Source: Candidatus Latescibacterota bacterium (GTDB taxonomy: Bacteria; Latescibacterota; UBA2968; UBA8231). From it: a stretch of DNA of 64,000 nucleotides. Below the pieces are notes generated by a model. The model was given only the letters and a program-made list of their open reading frames with translations, was not told the DNA's origin and searched no databases. The position numbers and the translations under genes are program-made. This document shows positions 16,260-25,540 of this stretch, piece by piece (within the stretch, counting starts at the first letter, position 1; each line of letters begins with the position of its first letter). Location of the stretch: the NCBI GenBank assembly GCA_965217585.1, contig OZ244561.1, positions 1,440,001 to 1,504,000 on the forward strand. The letters are read 5' to 3'.

Positions 16260-17363
16260 GTGTCGAACTCCGGTGACCGTTACATATCCGTCGATTTTAC
16301 GGGGACCCTCACTCACGATCCCGAACGGAGAACCCTCCCAAATGGCAAGGCTGTCTGTGAGTTTGAAATTGAGAATGAGGAATGGGAGCACCATCAGTAC
16401 GTGCTACTACATGGGATTACCGGTGAACGGATCATTTGCGAGTGGACTGAAGCCATCCAACGTCTCAAAAACGGTGAGGCCGCTACACTGCATGAGATTA
16501 CCTTTGAAAGGATCATTTGTAAGGCACATGATCAGACAGCTCAAAAGATCACGAACAGTCACCATTGCAAGGGTGGTCACAAAATCAGGATAACTGGCTA
16601 CATCCGACACATCGAAGAGGAGAAGGCGACCTCGTTCTTTACCATAAAATTTGACCAACTAATAGTTTTTGTTGAAGAGATAGAGCTCTATAGTTCTGCA
16701 CAAATACAGCAGATTGCCGACGCACAGAGAATAAGCACACTTTGCCATTTTACCCCAAAAGAACGCCTCAGTAGTATTTTATATCGCGGCTTATTAAGCC
16801 GTCGTTTTCTGGAGGACCTCCCACCATCAAAACGGCCTCCGTTCACTGATCCAGACCGACATGACGGATACAAGGAATCAATCTGTTTGAGCATCGGCTT
16901 CCCAAACTACCGAATGTTATTCCAAAAGACCGGCCATGATGAACAATCCCAATGGGTTATCTTGCTTATTGATACAAAAGTGTTATGGGAATTGGATTGT
17001 GCCTTCTGCCATCAAAACGCTTCTTCTAATCTTGTACGTCGCATTCCATTGGAGGATAGAAAAAAACCCTCAGCATTAAAAAGGATGTTTAGGGATCGGG
17101 ACTACGACAACGAAGGTTTGTACCAGCGTCAATTGCAAATACCCAAAGACTACCCAACGCATCCCCAAGCAGAAGTTCTCGTCTTTAACTCAATTCCAGC
17201 AATGTATATCAAAGCAGTCCTTTTTTACAATGGTACCGCTTTGAAGAAATGGAAGGAAGACAATCCCAAGCCTTATCCTCAAACATTTTCCGCTAACAAG
17301 CAATATTTCAAGCCTAGATGTGATTACGCGGCATGGCAAAGTGATAACCGTAACCTCGCTTAG
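16260..17363 (+). CDS. darT: DarT (DUF4433) ssDNA ADP-ribosyltransferase toxin with an N-terminal SSB-like OB fold
   Basis: C-terminal part has LCHFT...LSSIL.RGLLSR, DPDRHDG, ICLSIGFPNY and QAEVLV. N-terminal VDFTGTLTHDPERRTLPNGKAVCEFEI resembles SSB. Confidence 0.85.
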   Translation: MSNSGDRYISVDFTGTLTHDPERRTLPNGKAVCEFEIENEEWEHHQYVLLHGITGERIICEWTEAIQRLKNGEAATLHEITFERIICKAHDQTAQKITNSHHCKGGHKIRITGYIRHIEEEKATSFFTIKFDQLIVFVEEIELYSSAQIQQIADAQRISTLCHFTPKERLSSILYRGLLSRRFLEDLPPSKRPPFTDPDRHDGYKESICLSIGFPNYRMLFQKTGHDEQSQWVILLIDTKVLWELDCAFCHQNASSNLVRRIPLEDRKKPSALKRMFRDRDYDNEGLYQRQLQIPKDYPTHPQAEVLVFNSIPAMYIKAVLFYNGTALKKWKEDNPKPYPQTFSANKQYFKPRCDYAAWQSDNRNLA

Positions 17364-17375
17364 GAGCGAAGAACA

Positions 17376-18053
17376 ATGGCAAAACGTCCTATTTTTATTC
17401 CAGTCAACGGATTTCCTAACTTCAAAGAGACAGACATAGAGTTTCACTGGTATCCCGGTTTTGCAAAATCACAGATCCAAAAATCCATTGAGTCTTTACA
17501 CAAAGCTGCCAAAAAGAAGGGAATCTCCCCAATTTTGGAAATCTCGGGTAAATCCAAGTCGGACCTAGGCTTTTCGTTGAGTGCTTTTAATCTGCTATTG
17601 AAAACGAATAGCGGACGGACGATGAGTGTGGAATGTGCCTATCAAGGAAGCAAGGTATTTGAAAAAGGCGGTCCGTACCACGAGCTGTATTCGGTGTCAA
17701 GTCGCGCGGCGAAGACCGATAAACGACTGCGAAATTCGGGCGATCTCGTTAAATTCAACTTCTGTGGCGAGGATTTTCCGATTGAACCCAAAACAGCTTT
17801 CTACGATTGGTTATATATGACTGCACTATGCCAGAAGCAACCAAATCCAGTGCAAAAGCTCAAAGAGTTTCAAGGTTTTTCAGACATCGTCTTTAATCCG
17901 AATCGTTCGCTCAATTGCCAGGCTCGGGCTGCTGCGATTTTTGTGTCGTTATCCCCCCAAAGCGAACAGGAGGTACGAGATTATTACGACCGGCTTCAAG
18001 CTAGTGATAAACCTCTTTTATCTCAGCTTTCTCTCTTCAACGGCTCTCTGTAG
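17376..18053 (+). CDS. darG: DarT1-associated NADAR antitoxin
   Basis: MAKRPIFIP, W.PGFAKSQ, LEISGKS, LSAFNL, SVECAYQGSKVF, TAFYDWLY, FNP..SLNCQARAAA; immediately downstream of darT. Confidence 0.82.
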   Translation: MAKRPIFIPVNGFPNFKETDIEFHWYPGFAKSQIQKSIESLHKAAKKKGISPILEISGKSKSDLGFSLSAFNLLLKTNSGRTMSVECAYQGSKVFEKGGPYHELYSVSSRAAKTDKRLRNSGDLVKFNFCGEDFPIEPKTAFYDWLYMTALCQKQPNPVQKLKEFQGFSDIVFNPNRSLNCQARAAAIFVSLSPQSEQEVRDYYDRLQASDKPLLSQLSLFNGSL

Positions 18054-18080
18054 AAGTGATCTCATAAATTGCGACGGCCT

Positions 18081-19550
18081 TCACTGATCCAAGGGCTGCG
18101 GATAGCCCCGCTCCCACCCCGCCGCGCCGAACGCCTTGTCGGCCCACAGGGAGACGTTTTCGGAAGAGTAAACCACGTTGTAGGCGTGCGAGGCCTGTAC
18201 GGAGCGCATGATCTCGCGCCACAGCGCGGCGTCCAAATGCCGGTATTCGGCTGCGTGCGAGGCGGATTCGGCGAGATTGTGCTGTTCTTGGGAATCTTCC
18301 TGTAAATCGAAAAGCCCGGTCGCGCCGTTGCCGTACTTCACCAGCTTATGCCGCCCGTCGTAGGCCATCCAGCCGGACTGCAAGCCGCCGACGAGCATGT
18401 CGCGCGGAGAATCGCCGGCCAAGCCCAAGCCGGGCAGCGGTCTAGCATCCATGTACTCCGGCACGCCGTGGCCAGACGCGGCCAGCAGGGTGGCGGTGAC
18501 GTCCGTGAGGCAAACCAGATCGTCGCGCACTGTGCCAGCGGCTCCGCCCGGCTGGCGCACCAGCATGGGCACGTGGCAGCTACCCTCGTAGAAATTGCCT
18601 TTGGCGTTTACTCCGTGATCACCAACTAGATCGCCGTGATCCGAGGCAAAGATGACGAGGGTATTGTCGAGGCGACCGCTTTCCTCCAGCGCGGCGAGGA
18701 TGCGGCCCACCTCGTGATCTATCTGCAAGATGAGGGCCGAATAGTGGGCGCGCACCTTGCACTTCTGCTCCTCGGTGTAGGGGCCTTCAGTCTCTGGGGT
18801 CCATATCGGCACGCCCGGCCGACGCCGGGGATGGATGCCCTCGCGGACATCGCGGTGGATGGGGTCACCGGGTGCGGGAGCGGGAATTTTATCGACATCG
18901 ACTTTGGCCAGAAACTCCGGCGTGGGGTCGTAGGGGTCGTGCGGGCCGGGAAAGCCCACCATGCAGGCAAAGGGCTCCTCGCGGTCGTACTCGCGGATGA
19001 AGCGCGTCGCCTCCTCGCCGACGAAGTAATCCCAGTAGCAGTCCCAAGGCAAAAGCGAGACGCAAGCGCCGCGATTCTCGTCGTAGCCTGTGTGTTCTTT
19101 GCCCATGTACTTGCGGTGGCCGCGCTGTTGCAAATAGTGCCAGTAGTCGTCTTGGATATTGACCCACACCTTGTCCTCGCAGGCGATGCGATGTTGGAAG
19201 CCAAAAGAGGCGTCCCAAGGATAGAAGTGCATCTTGCCGATGGCCGAGGTGAGGTAGCCGTAGTCGGTCAACATCTCCGCCCAAGTGCGGATGCCACACG
19301 CAGCATGGTCCGGGCGCAGGTAATTGCCGTTAGTCAGCACATGGGTGCGCCAAGCGTTGAGGCCGGTGAGCAGCGAACAACGCGCCGGTACGCAGACCGG
19401 GTGCAAGCTGTACGCGCGGTCGTAGCGGATGCCCTCAGCGGCGATGCGGTCGATGTTGGGCGTGGAAATGTGGGGAGCGCCGTAGCAGCCGAGAAAGTCG
19501 TGGCGCATTTGATCTGGCATAATGAACAACAGGTTGGGTCGATCGCTCAT
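18081..19550 (-). CDS. Sulfatase (formylglycine-dependent, choline-sulfatase-like)
   Basis: PNLLFIMPDQ, TPNID, CVPARCSLLTG, GKMH, SDHG. Confidence 0.92.
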   Translation of the reverse strand: MSDRPNLLFIMPDQMRHDFLGCYGAPHISTPNIDRIAAEGIRYDRAYSLHPVCVPARCSLLTGLNAWRTHVLTNGNYLRPDHAACGIRTWAEMLTDYGYLTSAIGKMHFYPWDASFGFQHRIACEDKVWVNIQDDYWHYLQQRGHRKYMGKEHTGYDENRGACVSLLPWDCYWDYFVGEEATRFIREYDREEPFACMVGFPGPHDPYDPTPEFLAKVDVDKIPAPAPGDPIHRDVREGIHPRRRPGVPIWTPETEGPYTEEQKCKVRAHYSALILQIDHEVGRILAALEESGRLDNTLVIFASDHGDLVGDHGVNAKGNFYEGSCHVPMLVRQPGGAAGTVRDDLVCLTDVTATLLAASGHGVPEYMDARPLPGLGLAGDSPRDMLVGGLQSGWMAYDGRHKLVKYGNGATGLFDLQEDSQEQHNLAESASHAAEYRHLDAALWREIMRSVQASHAYNVVYSSENVSLWADKAFGAAGWERGYPQPLDQ

Positions 19551-19566
19551 GGTTCTACTCCATTTC

Positions 19567-20496
19567 TTAGGGTGTTTTCGCGCCCGCGCCCGCCCGCGCT
19601 TCGGCCCAAGCGCGTAGCGGCACATCGGCGGTGTCCTTGGTCAGCCAATACTGGGACGACGGCGCGACGCTTGGATCGGCCCCCAGCGGATTACCGCCGC
19701 TGGGCAGGGCACCCAAAAGCTGCTGGCGAATCGGCGAGCAGCGCGCGAGTAGCGCCGGATCCTGTTGGATGTAGTCGGTCGGGCGCAGCCAGCGGTAGTG
19801 GTAGCCCACGTGCATGATCTTGCGCGTCCGCTGCGACTGATTGGGGCCAACGCAATGCCACGTTGCCGTGCGCCACAGCACCGCCGAGCCGGCCGGGAGC
19901 CGCAGTTCCAGTGTCTGTTCCGCCGGCACCTGGTACTCCATGTCGCGCAGTTTTTGGGGACATCGCTTGTGGCTGCCCGGCACCAGCCAGAGGTTGCCGC
20001 AATTGGATTCGGTCATGTCGAAGAGGACATAGAAGACCTTGATCTCCATAAAGGGCAAGCGCCCATCGAGCGAAGGCCCTGCAAAAAGCTCGGGACTAGC
20101 CAAGTCGGGATGCCAAACTACATTGCGGTAGCCGGCCTCCTGATCGGCCCCCCGTCCGCTCCCCACAACCCCGGGCTGCACGTCGCGCGGATACGGTGGG
20201 CGATAGTCGAGATGCGTCGTGCGGATCTGGATATTCCAGCCGATTGCATCGACCACCAGCGGCAGCATCCGCGGATGATCCACTAAGTCGAGAAAAGCGT
20301 CGTGCTGCGCTAGGGCATTGCGCACCTGGAAATGCGTCTCCGCCCCCAAGTCCTGTTCCTTCTGAATGCGGGCGACCACTTCATCGGCGGCCATTGAGAG
20401 CCGGGCCAGTTCCTCAGACGTTAGGAAGTGTTCGAGGACGATAAAGCCCTGCTCGGCAAAGTCGCGTTCTTGCTCGCGGGTCATTGCTATGGACAT
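19567..20496 (-). CDS. Phytanoyl-CoA dioxygenase (PhyH)-family Fe/2OG dioxygenase
   Basis: F.EQGFIVLE, WHPD, GNLWLVPGSH, TWH...N...R. Confidence 0.88.
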   Translation of the reverse strand: MSIAMTREQERDFAEQGFIVLEHFLTSEELARLSMAADEVVARIQKEQDLGAETHFQVRNALAQHDAFLDLVDHPRMLPLVVDAIGWNIQIRTTHLDYRPPYPRDVQPGVVGSGRGADQEAGYRNVVWHPDLASPELFAGPSLDGRLPFMEIKVFYVLFDMTESNCGNLWLVPGSHKRCPQKLRDMEYQVPAEQTLELRLPAGSAVLWRTATWHCVGPNQSQRTRKIMHVGYHYRWLRPTDYIQQDPALLARCSPIRQQLLGALPSGGNPLGADPSVAPSSQYWLTKDTADVPLRAWAEARAGAGAKTP

Positions 20497-20571
20497 TTTC
20501 GTCTCTTGGTGAGTCAGGTGAGAGGGCTTGCTGATGGCTATGTACAAACAAAGTAAAAAAGATCGGGCGGC

Positions 20572-21966
20572 TCATACAACGCTGGGGGCGCAGACCAGCC
20601 GTTTGAACAGGTCGCCCCGTGCGGCGTAGTTGGGAAACTGATCGAAACTGGCGCAGGCCGGCGAAAGCAGCACCACGTCGCCAGTTTGCGCCAAGTGGCG
20701 GGCGGTGTCCAGGGCTTGGGGTAGATCGCGGCAGCAGTGGGCGATCTCGCCCGCGCCCACCCGCTGTACGGCGGCGGCAATGCGCGGGGCCTCTTGGCCG
20801 ATGAGCAACACGGCGCGCACATGGCCAGCGGCAATAGTGGTGCCCAAGGCGCTGAAATCGGCCCCTTTTTCAGCACCGCCAGCGATCAGCAGCAGGGGCG
20901 CGTCAAAGGCGCGGAGGGCAGCGCAGGTAGCATCGACTGTCGTGGCCAGTGAGTCGTTGTAATAGCTAACGCCGTCGCGCTCAGCAACGTATTCGAGACG
21001 GTGGGGAAGACCCTCAAAGGCGCGGAGGGCCTCGGCGAAATGGGTTGCTGGCGCACCAAAGGCCAAAGCACCGGCTACGGCAGCGGCGACGTTGCTCCAA
21101 TTGTGTTGGCCTCGGAGGGGCAGGTCGGCCATCGGACAAATGGCGATTGGGCGCTCCTCGGGGCGGCAGGCCCACAACTGGCCGTCGGCGATCCACGCGC
21201 CCAGAGCACTCGGAGCGGTTGTGCTGAAGGACCAAAGGGCGGCTGGACTCTCTGCGGCAAAGGCCCGAGCCGTAGGACAGTCCCGATTGACAATGAGGAT
21301 ATCGCCGGGAGTCTGGTGACGGCACACGGGTTTTTTGGCGGCGACGTATTCGGCGCGGTCGGCGTGGTAGTCGAGGTGGTCCTCGGTGACGGAAAGAACC
21401 ACGGCGATGTGGGGACTTTGGTCGAGGTCTTGCAATTGGAAGCTGGACAGCTCTAGGACGACCCGATCGGTCGGCTGCAACTCGTCAATGAATTCGAGCG
21501 GCGGTCGGCCGATGTTGCCGCCGCTAAACACCCGGGCTGCGGAGTCGGTAGCCAAGAGCGCGTGTAGCAGCGCGGTCGTAGTGCCTTTGCCCTTGGTACC
21601 GGTGACGCCGAGCACCGGCGCGGGGCATAGTTGCAAAAAGAGGCGCGTCTGGCTCGATACTTCGACGCCGCAACGGCGCGCCGCGCACAGACGCGGGTCC
21701 AGCGTCGGCAGGCCCGGCGTGCGGAACAGCAGATCGAAGTCGGTCAGGTCGTCGAGGTAGCGGTCGCCGATGCGCCACTGTTGCACGCCCTCCACCGGCG
21801 TGGCCGGGGCGCGGGCGTCGCATGCGGAGAAGGGAATCTGGCGCGCATGGAGAAAGCAGGCCAGCGCGCGGTTTTCCACGCCGAGGCCGAGGAGGGCAAT
21901 GCGCCGCTGGTGCAAGTGTTGGGTCGCGCTTGACTCTTTGGGGGCGGAGGATTTTTTTAGCGCCAT
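20572..21966 (-). CDS. murD: UDP-N-acetylmuramoyl-L-alanine--D-glutamate ligase
   Basis: GVTGTKGKGTT, GGNIG, LELSSFQL, DHLDYH, HRLE, NDSLAT, LLSPACASFDQF. Confidence 0.95.
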   Translation of the reverse strand: MALKKSSAPKESSATQHLHQRRIALLGLGVENRALACFLHARQIPFSACDARAPATPVEGVQQWRIGDRYLDDLTDFDLLFRTPGLPTLDPRLCAARRCGVEVSSQTRLFLQLCPAPVLGVTGTKGKGTTTALLHALLATDSAARVFSGGNIGRPPLEFIDELQPTDRVVLELSSFQLQDLDQSPHIAVVLSVTEDHLDYHADRAEYVAAKKPVCRHQTPGDILIVNRDCPTARAFAAESPAALWSFSTTAPSALGAWIADGQLWACRPEERPIAICPMADLPLRGQHNWSNVAAAVAGALAFGAPATHFAEALRAFEGLPHRLEYVAERDGVSYYNDSLATTVDATCAALRAFDAPLLLIAGGAEKGADFSALGTTIAAGHVRAVLLIGQEAPRIAAAVQRVGAGEIAHCCRDLPQALDTARHLAQTGDVVLLSPACASFDQFPNYAARGDLFKRLVCAPSVV

Positions 21967-22015
21967 TGGAATCGCAATACGCGCTCTAAGTTAAATTGGA
22001 TAGGAGAACGATCCT

Positions 22016-22393
22016 GTGGCTGTAACAATTATGCGTACGGTGCGGCCTAGTCCGCAATGGCAAGACAGCTTGATCCGGCTAGAGAACGGCCAGCGGGTCG
22101 TCATCGACGCCGAGGAAACTTGGTCGCCGGACATGCGCAACCAAATCGCTTGGTGCGGTGCTGATGGCTTGTACAACCTGCCCGCAGAATCGGGGTACCT
22201 AATGCCGGGGGCTAACGTCGGCGCGCTCGTGGCCCGCATTGGCGACGACGGGCCGACCTTTGCCGTGGGCAGCCGCTACGACTTTATCGCCGACCGCGCG
22301 GGCATCCTGCATTTGGCCATGAACGAAAACCCGAGCTTCAACAACCAAGCTGGCAAAATCGTCGCCCAGATCATCGTCTTTGACTCGCGATGA
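22016..22393 (+). CDS. Small LecA/PA-IL-like beta-sandwich protein
   Basis: WQDS, GALVARIG, G.LHLAMN and NNQAG pattern. Confidence 0.55.
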   Translation: MAVTIMRTVRPSPQWQDSLIRLENGQRVVIDAEETWSPDMRNQIAWCGADGLYNLPAESGYLMPGANVGALVARIGDDGPTFAVGSRYDFIADRAGILHLAMNENPSFNNQAGKIVAQIIVFDSR

Positions 22394-23424
22394 GCTTGAC
22401 GGGCAAAGCGTATCTGCGCGCCCAAGTGCCGCTGATGCTCGCCGACCATCCGGCCGTCCGCGCGATCGCGCCGCTTGCGGATCAGGTTTGGCGCGTCGAA
22501 ACCGACGACGGCCGCAAGGTCGTGGTCAAGCATCAGCTCTTTGGGTGGCTAACGCAGGGTATGGCTTACGACCTGTTGGAGGTCGAGCGCGATGTGCTCG
22601 GCCTCTTGCACAGAGCGGGTTGCCCGGTGCCGGCCGTGCTGGGCATCGATCAGGAGGCGCACTGCATTTTTTTGCAATGGGTCGGTGATCGCACCCTCGA
22701 CGACGCCATTCAGGACGGAGATCAAGCGACGACGACGCAGGCCATACGCGGGCTGTGCGCCATTGAGCGAGCGTGCGCCCAACGCGCCGACCAGCTAGCG
22801 CCGAGGGTGGTGCCGAGCGCCAACCTCGCAGCCCTAGCCACCGCCTGGGACGAGGCGGGGACGCGGGCGCACGCTGGCATCAAGCAGCTATGCAGCCGTC
22901 TCCAGCGGCCTTTGGATGCTGGGATGCGACCGCTGCTCGAAGCTATGCACGGTTGGCTGGCGGCGCGACCGCCCGCGCTGGGCAGCGTAGATTACAACGC
23001 GCGCAACGCAGTTGTCGAACCGGGGGGAACGCGCGTTTACTTCCTCGAATTTGCCAAAATTGGTTGGGACTGGACGGAACGGCGCTTGACGCAGTATACT
23101 TCTAGTATGGGTAGTGGCCGGCAGGATGGGCGCATGCGCTCGCTGCTGGACGCGCCCGCAGCGCGTTTATACGCCGAGGTGTCCGGGCACAAAGACGGCG
23201 CTCGCGCGCTCGATTATCACCGAATCTTTTTTCTTTTAAACAGCGCGGCCCTGTTGTGCGCGGCCCTCGACAGCGAGCCGCACGCATTGGCCCTGCGCCA
23301 ACGCTGGAAAAGGCCCCATGCGCGGCTGCGGCAATGCGCGGCCATGCTGGCCCAGGATCTGAGCACAGACCCGGTCGCGGTCGCATTCAGGTCTTGTTTA
23401 CCATCAGATGGAGGTCCCCTATGA
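22390..23424 (+). CDS. APH/choline-kinase-like phosphotransferase
   Basis: VVVK, E..VL..L, PVPAVL, DYNARN (DxxxxN) and FLEF in place of DFG. Confidence 0.65.
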   Translation: MSLTGKAYLRAQVPLMLADHPAVRAIAPLADQVWRVETDDGRKVVVKHQLFGWLTQGMAYDLLEVERDVLGLLHRAGCPVPAVLGIDQEAHCIFLQWVGDRTLDDAIQDGDQATTTQAIRGLCAIERACAQRADQLAPRVVPSANLAALATAWDEAGTRAHAGIKQLCSRLQRPLDAGMRPLLEAMHGWLAARPPALGSVDYNARNAVVEPGGTRVYFLEFAKIGWDWTERRLTQYTSSMGSGRQDGRMRSLLDAPAARLYAEVSGHKDGARALDYHRIFFLLNSAALLCAALDSEPHALALRQRWKRPHARLRQCAAMLAQDLSTDPVAVAFRSCLPSDGGPL

Positions 23425-23687
23425 GCGAGTGGAACACGCTCGACTTCAAGCCCCGGGCTCGGGGTATGATCATCGGCGATATTCCCTGGCTGGCGCGCAT
23501 AGCCGACAAGGCGCGAGCGCACCAGCAGCAACGCATCGGCGACTACGTATTTCCCTGACCGGCCGACAAGCACTTCCTGGAGGAAGTGGAGCTGACAGCC
23601 GCAGCATTCGAGGAGATGGTAGCCACGTCCGCAGACGACGATGCACTGATCGAAAAGATGAAAGCGCATTTGGCCAGAAAGCATTAG
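23421..23687 (+). CDS. DUF5069-like small selenoprotein (Sec46)
   Basis: SD GGAGG; MSEWNTLDFKPR...WLARIADKARA...IGDYVFP-TGA(23556)-PADKHFLEEVEL...KH-TAG. It exactly fills the gap between two coupled genes. Confidence 0.85.
23571..23588 (+). promoter_or_regulatory. Putative bacterial SECIS hairpin
   Basis: CACTTCC-TGGA-GGAAGTG, a 7-bp stem; the loop begins 19 nt after the UGA with G at loop position 2. Confidence 0.72.
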
Positions 23688-23688
23688 C

Positions 23689-24576
23689 ATGAGTACCTCA
23701 GCGCAAACAACGCGCACGCCAAGGCGGAGAGTCCGGGAGTTGGAAGTGGAGGTCGTCCAAGCGCGCCGCGACACCCCAGACACCACTACGCTCTTTATGT
23801 CCGCTGGCGACGAGCCGCTCCAATACGAGGCCGGCCACTTCTGCACCATTGATCCCCATCAATTCGGCGAGTTGGAGCACTTCACCGCCTATTTAGAAGA
23901 TCAAAAGGGGCAGCGGGAAAAGCCGCGGGCCTATTCCATGGCCTCTGCACCGCACGAACAACACCTCGCCATCACGATCAAAGAGGAGCGCTACGAGAGC
24001 GGCGAGACGCCGTACCCGCCGCTGCTGTCGCCGCTGTTGACGTACTACATCCAAGAGGGCCGGCGGCTGGTCATCAGCGGTTTTACCGGGGCTTATACCT
24101 TTCCCGCCGATGTCTACGAGCGCACCGATCACATTGTCCACGTGTGCGCTGGCAGCGGCATCGTGCCCAACAGGAGCCTCATCAAGGAGAGCCTGCACCA
24201 CGGCGACCCGCTTCGGCACACCTTACTGTTTAGCAACAAGACGCGCGGCGACGTCATTTACTTTGAGGAATTCGAGGTGCTGCGGGCGCAGTATCCCGAC
24301 CAGCTCGACGTGATCCACTGCATCACCCGCGAAGACCCAGCCGGCATCCGCGGAGCCCGCAACGGACGCATCTCTGGGGAGCTTTTGCGCGAAATCGCGC
24401 CCGACCCCTCCAAGGTGATGGCCTATAGCTGCGGCCCGGGCATCACGCCCTACGAGCGCCGGGCGGCCCGGGCCAAGGGTGAGACCCCGGAGCCGCGCTT
24501 CGTCGAAAACATGGTCGCGCTCTTGCAGGAGCACGGGCTGGACAAGAAGCAGATCCGGCAGGAGAGCTGGGGTTGA
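23689..24576 (+). CDS. FNR-like FAD/NAD(P)-binding oxidoreductase
   Basis: YEAGHF, RAYSMAS, AGSGIVP, CGP, terminal ESWG. Confidence 0.85.
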   Translation: MSTSAQTTRTPRRRVRELEVEVVQARRDTPDTTTLFMSAGDEPLQYEAGHFCTIDPHQFGELEHFTAYLEDQKGQREKPRAYSMASAPHEQHLAITIKEERYESGETPYPPLLSPLLTYYIQEGRRLVISGFTGAYTFPADVYERTDHIVHVCAGSGIVPNRSLIKESLHHGDPLRHTLLFSNKTRGDVIYFEEFEVLRAQYPDQLDVIHCITREDPAGIRGARNGRISGELLREIAPDPSKVMAYSCGPGITPYERRAARAKGETPEPRFVENMVALLQEHGLDKKQIRQESWG

Positions 24577-25533
24577 ATGAAGTTGATCGTGCAGATTCCC
24601 TGCTTTGACGAAGAGCAAACCCTGCCCGCTGTAATCCGCGACATCCCGCGCCAAGTGCCCGGCATTGACCAGGTCGAAATTTTGGTCATCGACGACGGCT
24701 CCAGCGACCTCACCAGCGAGGTGGCGCGTGAATGCGGCGCGGATCACGTAATTCGCTTCCCGCACAACCGGGGGCTGGGCCAAGCCTTTAAGGCCGGTTT
24801 TGACGCTTGTCTGCGGCTGGGGGCCGACATTATCGTCAACACCGACGGCGACAACCAGTACTACGGTGGCGATATCGGCAAGCTAGTCGCGCCCATCCTC
24901 GGCGGTCGGGCCGACATGGTCATCGGCGACCGGCAGACGCAGGCCATTGCCCACTTCTCCGCCCTCAAGCGCTACCTACAGAGCTTGGGCAGCCGGGTAA
25001 TTAGCCGCCTCGCCGGCTTACAGGTGCCGGATGTGGCCAGCGGCTTTCGCGCCTTTAGCCGCGAGTGCGCGCTTCAGCTTTCGACCTTTACCAACTTCGA
25101 CCACACGGCCGAGCACGTGATCGAGGCCGGATACAGGAATTTGGCCGTGACCTCTGTCGCGGTCCGCACCAACCCCAAGACGCGCGAGTCGCGCCTCTTT
25201 TCCAACATCGGCAAATTCGTCTTCAAATCCGGGGAAATCAGTTTGCGCACCTATGCGCGCTACGCCGCGCTCAAGATATTTGCCCTATGCGGCATTTTGA
25301 CCTTTGTCGCGGGCTTTTGCCTAGGCGTGCGCTTTCTCTACTTCTTCTTTTTTACCGCCGAAGGAGGGCTGCATGTGCAGTCGCTTATTTTAGCGGCGAT
25401 TCTGCTGTTGGCCGGGTTTCAGATGTTTCTCACCGGCGTCATAGCCGATTTGATCGCCACCAATAGGGACTTGCTTGAAGACGCGTTGCAGCGGGTCAAG
25501 AAGTTGGAATTGCGCGATACGGACATAAAATAA
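24577..25533 (+). CDS. Glycosyltransferase family 2 (DPM1-like, two C-terminal TM helices)
   Basis: IPCFDEE, IDDGSSD, NRGLG, TDGDNQY, SGFRAF. Confidence 0.9.
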   Translation: MKLIVQIPCFDEEQTLPAVIRDIPRQVPGIDQVEILVIDDGSSDLTSEVARECGADHVIRFPHNRGLGQAFKAGFDACLRLGADIIVNTDGDNQYYGGDIGKLVAPILGGRADMVIGDRQTQAIAHFSALKRYLQSLGSRVISRLAGLQVPDVASGFRAFSRECALQLSTFTNFDHTAEHVIEAGYRNLAVTSVAVRTNPKTRESRLFSNIGKFVFKSGEISLRTYARYAALKIFALCGILTFVAGFCLGVRFLYFFFFTAEGGLHVQSLILAAILLLAGFQMFLTGVIADLIATNRDLLEDALQRVKKLELRDTDIK

Positions 25534-25540
25534 TTCTCCC

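Noticed and set aside
23408-23692. 94-aa ORF-track call in another frame over the DUF5069-like gene
   Set aside because: No recognisable motifs; the UGA read-through frame has the SD, the family pattern and the hairpin.
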